Below, one piece after another: positions 55,849 through 64,000 of a stretch of 64,000 nucleotides of DNA. Numbering within the stretch: position 1 is the first letter of the stretch; the number at the start of each line of letters is the position of its first letter. This DNA comes from Scenedesmus sp. PABB004. Lineage: Eukaryota. The notes beneath the pieces were generated by a model, which saw only the letters and a program-made list of their open reading frames with translations, did no database searches and was not told the origin of the DNA. The translations under genes and the position numbers were made by a program. The stretch spans positions 1,488,001 through 1,552,000 of the forward strand of contig JABVCE010000003.1 of NCBI GenBank assembly GCA_014905635.1, in the 5' to 3' direction.

Positions 55849-58800
55849 GCCGGCTGGGGCGGCGCGTACGCGCCGAGGCTGGGCAGGCCGCGCTCGGGGT
55901 CTGGCGGGGCGGTGTCGACGCGCACGAGCCGCCCCGGCTGCAGGAAGCGCAGCGACGCCGCGGGGTCGGCCACCGCGCCGCGCAGCGCCTCGCTGAGCCG
56001 CAGCCGCGTCTCCAGCAGCTCCGCAAACGCCGACACCTGCGCCGGCGCGCGCGCGCGGCGTCAGCGCGCGCGCGGCGTCGGCGACGCGCCCAGCGCGGCA
56101 ACGCGGCGGCGCGGCGGTGGCGGCGCGCCCAGCGCCACGTGCCCCCCCCCCCCCCCAGCCCTGCGCCGCACCTGCTCCTCACGCGGCACAACCACCGCGT
56201 CGCGCTCCGCCGCCAGCTCCGCCGCGCGGCGCTCCAGCTGGGGCAGGCTGTGCCGCACCTGCCACTGCCGGAAGCTCGCCTGCGCGCGCGGGCGGCGGCG
56301 CGCGGGCGCGCGGGGCTCGGCCGCCGCCCCGCCGCGGGCGCCCGAGTCGTTCCGCCGCACGCTCCCCCGCGCCGCCGCACGCTCCCCTCCCCGCCGCCGT
56401 GCCCCCCCGCGCCGCCGCGCCTGCAGCAGCATCTCTGCGGTCGTGCCCTCGGTGCGCGCGAGCGCGAGGAGCTGGCTGTAGCGCAGGCTGAACGCGCTGA
56501 CCAGGGGGTCGGGGGCGCCCTTGATCATGTCCCGCGCTACAGCCGGCTCCATCTGGGCGTCGACCATGAGGACGACCACGCCTGGTGGGGGGGGGCGAGG
56601 TGGGGTGGGGTGGGCGGGGGGGGGGGGCGGTGGAGTGAGTGAGTGAGTGAGTGAGTGAGGTAGTGAGTGAGTGAGTGAGTGAGTGAGTGAGTGAGGTAGT
56701 GAGTGAGTGAGTGAGTGAGTGAGTGAGTGAGTGAGTGAGTGAGTGAGTGAGTGAGTGAGTGAGTGAGTGAAGTGGGAGAGCAGGGAGGGAGGGAGGAAGG
56801 GGGGCGAGGGCGGCGCCGCGACGGCGGCGGCGGCCCGCGCGCGGGCTGCCTGCGTCGTCACAGCCGCCCGCAGACAGCGGAAAGACGTGGCGCGACGCAG
56901 GCAGCGCGCGCGCGGGCCGCCGCTGCCGGCGGCGGCGCGTGCCACGCGCGCACGCACGCACACGCGCGCGCGCGCAGCGCGCGCGCAGCGCGTGCGCACC
57001 GCGGTCATCCAGGCCGCGGCGCCCCGCCCGGCCGCTCATCTGGATGTACTCCCCGCTGCGCAGCCACCTGGGGCGGGGGCGGGGGGGGGCAGGGTTTGAA
57101 GGGTTTAGGGCTCAGGGTTCAAGGGGCTCAAGGGGCTCAGGGACCAGGGCTGCAAGGGCTGCAGGCTAAGGACTCAACGCTTGGGGCAAGGAGGCAGGGC
57201 GCGGGGCGGATGGCGGGGCGGGGCGGAGCGCTCGCGCGCGGCGGCGCCGCTGCCGCGGCGACCGCGCCGCACTCACCTGAACGCGCCGCCGTCCCACTTG
57301 CGCGCGCGCGTGAAGGCCACGGTCTTGGCGGGCATGTTGAGGCCGGTGGAGAAGGTCTCGGTCGCAAACAGGACCTTGAGCAGGCCCTCCTGCGCGGCGT
57401 GGGGTGTGGGTGTGGGTGTGGGGGTGCGTGGAGGTGCGCGGAGGTGTGTGTGTGGGAGGTGCGTGCGCGAGTGCGCCGCCCACACGACCCACCCACCCAC
57501 ACCCTCGCCCACCCACCCAAACACCCCCCCCCTCCCCCCCAGTCCCACCTGGAAGAGCAGCTCCACCACCTCCTTCAGCAGCGGCAGCAGGCCGCTGTGG
57601 TGCACGCCCACGCCGCGGCGCAGCATCGGCAGCAGCGCGCCGACCTGGGGCAGGCGCTGGTCCTCCTCGGCGAGCACGTCCACCGCGTTCCTGGTGAGGG
57701 GGGTTTCAGCGGGGGGGGGGGGGGGGGGGAGAGGGGGGAGAGGGGGGTTGTGTGGTTTGAGCGGGCGCGCAGGGGCAAGGCACGGCGCCGACGCGGCGCG
57801 CTCGCCCCACCCACCCACACCGTCACCCACCCACCCACCCACGCACCCACACCGTCGCCCACCCACGCACCCACACCGTCGCCCACCCACCCACCCACCC
57901 ACACCCACACCCACACCCACACCGTCACCCACCCACCCACCCACCCACCCACCCACCCACCTGAACACGCCGTCCACGAGTGCCTTCTCGTCGTCGCTGT
58001 TGAGGTCCAGCGCCCCCAGCGACCCCGCGAGCGCCTCGCACTCGCGCTTTGAAAAGGCAAACACGATCAGCGGGTCGTACCGGCGCGCCATGACCATGGC
58101 CACGAGCTTGAACACGTCGCTCGGCGGGCCCTGGTGGGGTTTAGGGTTTTAGGGGGGTGGAGGGTGGTTTAGTGGGTGTGGGTGTGGTGTGGGTGTGGGT
58201 GGGTGGAGGGAGAATGGGAGGGGCGCGGCGTGAGCTGCGGGCGCGTGCGAGGGGCGCGGGCGGGAGGGAGGAGCGAGGGAGAGAGCGGCAGAGGGCGCGG
58301 GCGGCGGCGCGGGGGCGCCGCACGCGGCGCGGCGCGGCACGCACCGCCTTGGACCCGGCCGCGGGCGCGCCCTTGTGCCCGCGCCCGCGCGCCGTCGCGG
58401 CGGCCGCGGCCGCGTCCTGCAGCGCCGCGACGGCGGCCTGGAAGTTGTCGTCCCTGAACCGCCCCGCCTCGTCAACCACCAGGAACAGCCCGTCAGCGCC
58501 TAGGGTTTAGGCCGCGCGCGCGCGCGGGGCGGAGCAGCAGGCGGGAGGCGGCGGGCGGCGCGGGGCGGCGGGCGCGGCGGGCGCGGCGGCCGTGAGGAGG
58601 GGCGTGCGCGGCGGCGCGGCCGCGGCGCAGCGGCCCGCGCCGCCCCGCCGCTCCCCCGACCTGCTCTCCCCGAGCCCGCCCAGCGCCCCGGCGCCCCGGC
58701 CTCGACGCCCCAGCCTCAAACCGCCCTCAGGGTTTAGGGTTTAGGGTTGGTTAGGGTCAACCCTAAACCCAAAAACCTCACAGGCAAACCCCGCGCACCC

Positions 58801-60258
58801 GCGGGGAAGATGTAGTGCTGCAGCGGCGTGGGCCGAAACTCGGTGTACACCACGTGCACCGCGCTGCCGTGGCTCGCGGCGACCCAGCCCGCAAACTCGG
58901 CCGCGTTGGGGATGGTGGCGCTGAGGAAGGCCATGCGCGCGCCGCGCGGGGCGAGCACGATGCTCTCCTCCCACACCACGCCGCGCTCCGCGTCGCGCAG
59001 GTAGTGTACCTCGTCGTACACCAGCAGCCCCACCTCGGCCACCACCTCTGCGCGCGGCGTGCGGGGTGCGGGGGCGGGGCGGGTGGGCGGATGCGCGTGT
59101 GGGTGGGCGGGGCGTGCGTGTGGGTGGGCCACCGCCCGGTGGCAAGGCAGGGAGGAGGAGCAGGCGCGGAGCCCGCGCCCCAGGGTTTGGGGGCCTGCAG
59201 GCCCCGAAACCCTGAGACCTCCCCGCCGCTCCGCCGCCCACGCACCCGAGCCGCGGAAGAGCATCGAGCGCAGGATCTCGGTCGTCATGACGAGGCACGT
59301 GGCGCGGGGGTTGATCGTCACGTCGCCCGTCATCAGCCCCACGTCGCCAAACGCCTCCGCCAGCTCCCTGCGCACACGTGCGTGGGCGGGCGGGGTGAGT
59401 GTGTTTGGGGGTGGGGGGTGGGGGGTGGCGCGCGGGCGTGCAGCGCGCGGCGAGCGCGGCACGGCGAGCGCGGCACGGCGAGCGCGGCACGGCGAGCGCG
59501 GCACGGCGAGCGTGTGCGGCACGGCGGCGCGGCGGCGTGCGCGCGGCAAGGCGAGCGCGTGCAGCATGGCGGCGCGTGCGGCGTGCGGCGTGGCGGCGTG
59601 CAGCTGCGTGGCCTCACCTGTACTTCTGGTTGCTCAGCGCCTTGAGTGGCGACGTGTACACCACGCGCGTGCGGTCGCTGCGGCGGCGCGGCGCGGCGTG
59701 CGTGGGTGGGCGCGGCGCGGTGGGCGCGGCGCGGCGCTTCAGCAGCGGCCGGCGCGCTGCAGGGCCCCCCCCCCCCGCACCGGATGCCCATGGCGAACGC
59801 ATACTCAGCGATCACGGTCTTGCCGGCAGAGGTGTGCGCCGCGACGAGCACATTGTGCCCTGAGCACACGGGGCCGCCGCGGCGGGGGCGGCGTCGGCGT
59901 CGGCGGCGGGCAGCGGGCGCGGCGCGGCCGCCCCGCGCCCTGCGCCCCCCGCCGCGCCCGCGGCCGGCGGCGCACCCGCTTCGAGCGCGTTGATGGCGGT
60001 CTGCTGAAAGGGGTCCAACTCGAAGGGATACGCCCGCGCCGGCGGGCCGGGCCGCGCCGGCGGCGGCGCGGCGCTGCCCGCGGCGCCGGGCGGCCAGCAG
60101 ACCTCGTGCGTGCACGCGCGCCCGCCGGCGCCGGTGATGAGGTTGGCGCCGACCGGCATGGCCGCCACGACGTCGTCGCCCAGGCGCGCGAGCTTGGGCG
60201 CGCGCGCGTCGCCGGGCGGCTCCGGCCCGCCCGCCCGCTTCTCCGACGGCGCCGCCAT
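53494..60258 (-). CDS. MTR4: Ski2-like exosome cofactor RNA helicase (MTR4/HEN2 type), many introns
   Basis: [141 protein letters not shown]. Confidence 0.97.
56633..56770. repeat. (GAGT)n microsatellite in a helicase intron
   Basis: Near-perfect gagt run with two interruptions. Confidence 0.95.
58728..58770. repeat. Interstitial telomere-like repeats (TTTAGGG), with an orientation switch
   Basis: agggtttagggtttagggttggttagggtc-aaccctaaaccc; more copies at about 58137-58154, 58501-58511 and 57091-57120. Confidence 0.85.
59447..59511. repeat. 14-bp minisatellite (gcggcacggcgagc), about 4 copies, intronic
   Basis: Direct tandem copies visible. Confidence 0.8.
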
Positions 60259-60465
60259 CGCTGCTGCCCGCGGCGGACCCGCGGCGGACCCGCGGCGCTG
60301 GCGCGTCGAGACGCAGGTGTGTCGCTCAAGCCGCAGCGCGGGCCATGGGGCCGGCGGCTGCCTGCCGGCGGCGGCAGCGGCAGCGGCGGCGCGTGCGACG
60401 GCTGCTGCTGCGCCGCGCGGCGGGCGGCGGGCGGCGCGCGCAGCCCCGGCGCTGCTGCCGCGCGG

Positions 60466-61035
60466 CGCGTCACGCTCAAGCCACGCGCAGGGCCCGCGGG
60501 GCCCGCGCCGCGGCGGCAGGGCGCGTCGAGCAGCAGTCGCTCGCATCCCGCCCCCGCCCCGCCGCACCTGGCCACACCCCGCCGTCGGCGCGCTGGCTCC
60601 GGTCTCTACGCGCGCGGAGCTGTCTCCCTGGCTGCTGCGCCCGCCGCAGGCGCCCGCAGGGGCTGGCCGCGCTGCGGCGGGCTGCTGGCGGCGCGCCGCG
60701 TGCCGTGTGGGCGGCGCTCGGGCCGCCGTGCGGGTGCGGGAGCGTGTGCGGCTGGGAGTGACGCTGTGGCGGCGGGCCTGTCGGCGGAAAGGACACGGCC
60801 GCCGAGCGGGGCGGGCGGCGCGCTGAGCCCTGCTGCGCCTGACGCGCCCCGCCCCGAGGCGCGCGTGTGGGCTGGCAGCCGCCCGCGCCGGCCCCCGCTG
60901 CCCGCGCTGGAGCAGGGGCCCCCGCGGGTTTCACTCGGCCACGAGGCCGCCGCTTCGTGCGCGCCACCGCGTCCGCCGCCGCGCCGCGCGCTCGGCAGCC
61001 GCCGCCGCGCCGCGCGCTCGGCAGCCGCCGCCGCG
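60466..61035 (-). repeat. Inverted duplication C, copy 2 (decayed), between the allophanate hydrolase 3' end and the helicase start
   Basis: Reverse-complement match to 36620-37155 with substitutions and indels. Confidence 0.92.
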
Positions 61036-61196
61036 CCGCGCCGTGGCGCAAAGGAATCGCTCCTGCCCCAGCTGCAGTGCAAGGGATGGCTGCGGCGTGT
61101 CTTCTTCTCCTGCAGCGCAGTCAAGTGCCTCTCTCATGATCAGGTGTGTGCGCTGCCGGCAGAGCGCGCGTCGTGCTTGCCTGCCGTTGGCCTCCG

Positions 61197-63408
61197 TCAG
61201 CTCGCTGCCGCCTTGGTCACGACCGGCACCACGCCGTGGCCCGCGGGGCCGCAGCCGAGGCCGGCCTTGGCCTCCAGCGCCGCCGCGACGCCCCAGAGCC
61301 ACTCGTCGCGCCACGCGGGCGCGAGCAGCGTCACGCCAAACGGCAGCGCGACCGCGGCCGGACCGCCGCTCGCCGCGAGCCGCGCCGCGCGCTCGCCCGC
61401 GCCCCCCGCCGGCCCCGCCGCGCCGTAGTCGACGCGCAGCAGCCCGCTCGGCAGGGCGATACCGCACATGTCAAGCAGGTTGACAAAGTTTGTGAACCGC
61501 CCGTTCTTGGCGTTGCGGGGCCACGTGGGCGTGGGCGCGGCCTCGGTGTCGGCGATCTCCTCCACCAGGTAGTGCTCCAGCGCGGTCGGCACGAGCAGCA
61601 GGTCGACGGTGGACAGCGCGGCGCGCGCGGCCGCGGCGAGCGCCGCGAGGCGGGCCTTGTCGTCAAACGCGTCGGTCGCTGTGAACTTGCCTGTGAGTGT
61701 TTGGGTGGGTGTGGGTGTGTGAAGGGGGGGGGGACGTGAGCGCGCGCGGAGGCAGAGGAGGCAGAGAAGGGGAGGTGTCGGGCGGCGAGCGCGGGCCCGT
61801 GCGCCGGCGGCGCACCCGCGCCGGAGATGATCGCGCGCGTCACGGGCAGCAGCCGCGCGTCGCCGTTGACGCGCCGCTGCGCCGCGAGGACCGCGCCGGG
61901 GTCGTCGCCCGGCGGCGGCGGCGCGCCGGCGTCGAGGAAGGCCCGGATGCCGCTGTAACGCTCGGCCACGTAGCTGCTCTGGTAGAGCAGCGCCGCCGCC
62001 TCGGCAAAGGGAGCAAAGTCGAGCGGCGCCTGCACGCCGCCGACGGCGCACACGCGCGCCACGGCGTCGGCAAACGCGGCCGCGCTCGCGGCCGCCATCG
62101 CAGGGCCGCCTGCGGGCGGGCGGGCGGGCGCGGCGCGCGGCGCCGGGGGCGCGCTCGGCGCGGCGCGGCGGCGGCGCGCCCGGCCCGCGCCGGCGCGCGC
62201 GCGCGCCCGCTGCGCCCCCGGCCCGCGCCGCGCACCCGGGCCGTCCCAGTCGAGAAACGCCGGGCCGGGCACGCCAAACCTGAAGCCCTCGCTCGGCGGC
62301 GGTGGCGGCGGCAGGCCCTTGAGCGGGCTGCTGCGCCGCCACACGTCGGCCGCTCCCGCGTCGCCGGTCTCCATGATGGCCATCAGCGCCGCGCCGTCGG
62401 CGACGCTGCGCGCAAAAACGGTCAGGCAGTCGAGCGACGCGCACGCGGGGACGACGCCTGCGCGCGGCGGCGGCAGAGCGCGGCGGCGCGCCGAACTGGT
62501 TGCCGCACGCCGCGGCCTCCCGCCCGGCACAACCTCCCGCCCCCGCCGGCCGCCGCCGCCGGCGCGTGCTGCCCGCCCTGATGGACGCTCCCGCGCCGCG
62601 GCGACTCCCGCACGCACCCACGGTGCTGATCTTGCCGAGGGTGCCCTTCAGCCCCACGCAGCCGTTGTAGCCCGCCGGCACGCGGCCGCTGCCCGCGGTG
62701 TCGGTGCCGAGCGCAAACGACAGCAGCCCCGCGCCGACGGCGGCCGCGCTGCCGCTGGAGGAGCCGCCGGGGATGAATCGGTCGTCAAAGGCGTTGGCGG
62801 CGACGCCGTGCGGGCTGCGCGTGCCGACGAGGCCGCTCGCAAACTGGTCCAGGTTGGTCTTGCCAACGTTGATGCCGCCTGGTGGTGGTGGGTGGTGGTG
62901 TGTGTGTGTGTGGGGGGGGGGGGGTGGGCGGGCGCGCGGCGGCGGCGGCGGCGCGGCGTCAGGGCGTCGCTGCCGTGCGCGCGCGCACAACGGTGCGCAG
63001 GAGGAGCACGCACGACCGCGCGCGCGAGCGAGCGAGGGGCCCAGCGCCCCCGCAGCCCCGGCGCGCACCGGCGTCCTCGAGCGCCTGCACCGCGACCGCG
63101 GTCGCGGCGGGCACGTAGGAGAAGGCGGGGCACGCGGCGGTGGTGGGCATGCCGGCGACGTCGACGTTGTCCTTTGTCGCAAACGGCACGCCCCACAGCG
63201 CGCCGCGCTCGCCCGCCGGCTGCGCCTCGAGCGCCGCCGCGCGCGCGAGCAGCGCCTCGAGCGGCGCGAGGTGGATGAACACGGCCCGCGCACCCGCGAG
63301 GCGGGGGTACAGCGCGCGCACCAGCCCGCTCGGCGTGGCGGCGCCGCTCGCGTACGCCGCCGCGAGGCTGGCCAGGTCCATCGCCGGCAGCTCCTGCTCC
63401 GCCGCCAT
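61197..63408 (-). CDS. DUR2: Allophanate hydrolase (amidase-signature family, AtzF/DUR2-like)
   Basis: [112 protein letters not shown]. Confidence 0.93.
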
Positions 63409-64000
63409 CGCGGCTGCTGGTGCTGGTGCTGCTGCTGCTGGCCTGCTGCACCCGGTGGGAGGGGGAGGGGGGTGGGGAGGGGCGGCGCGCGGGCGTGAGG
63501 GCCGCCGTCCCACCGGGGGTTGCGGCAGCAGCGGCCGCGCGAGCACGGTGGCGGCGGCGGCCCGGCGGCGGCGGCTGCAGCGCCCCGCGGCCTCTGCGAC
63601 CGGGGGTGCACGGTGAGGGAGCGCAGGGCGGCTGGCGTGCCGTCCCGCCCGCCCAAGCAGCAGCACGGGGGCGTGGGCCCCCGTGACAGCCCCAGCGCGG
63701 CGCCGCGGCCGGGCGGCTGCGGCGCGGATGCAAGAGCGCGCCAGCAGCAACCGCTGGACGCGGCCGCCCGCCCGCGGCGCTCACTCACCGCGGCCTTTGG
63801 TGCGGATCGCGCGTTCAGCGGCGCGTGGGGCGCTGCGCTGCAGCGGTGAGTGAGCGCCTGCTCCTGGCGATGGGCCGTGCTGGTGCGGCGCGAGTGCGAC
63901 GCGTGCGGAGGTGGCTGGGTGATTCAGAGCACAGGAGGGCTTGGGGTCCTGCCGCTGCGCCGTGTTCTGCCAGCCCGGCGTCCCCACGTGCCGCCGCGCC

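Noticed and set aside
63728..63853. Possible first exon of a divergent gene (ATG 63728, GTGAGT donor)
   Set aside because: Too short, no recognisable homology, and at the window edge.

Overview
Eukaryotic nuclear DNA with very high GC, dense genes and many short introns. UGUAA-type poly(A) signals and TTTAGGG telomere motifs fit a chlorophyte green alga; a Selenastraceae/Sphaeropleales-like origin is an inference. Most long six-frame ORFs are GC artefacts, so about 23 genes were rebuilt by eye from exon fragments: PYD1 (partial), mitochondrial uS3-like, alpha-tubulin, sorting nexin, a small secreted protein, PP2C, NOP10, a CXXC-less thioredoxin-fold membrane protein, PEX11, an OPR-like helical repeat protein, a CBM20 protein, thymidine kinase, mitochondrial uS8-like, S40/DUF584, a CaaX inositol 5-phosphatase, a PG-repeat protein, a hypothetical membrane protein, TAP46, AATF/Bfr2, a GPI-anchored repeat protein, a P2B Ca2+-ATPase, an MTR4-like helicase and allophanate hydrolase. 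The main structure the genes do not explain is three consecutive, non-overlapping pairs of 0.4-0.6 kb inverted duplications bracketing blocks of about 5, 11 and 24 kb; two of them carry decayed gene 3' ends. Also notable are many GC-AG introns and telomere repeats inside helicase introns. No CRISPR array, rRNA, tRNA or transposase was recognised. CDS coordinates are gene spans including introns, and several start codons are uncertain.
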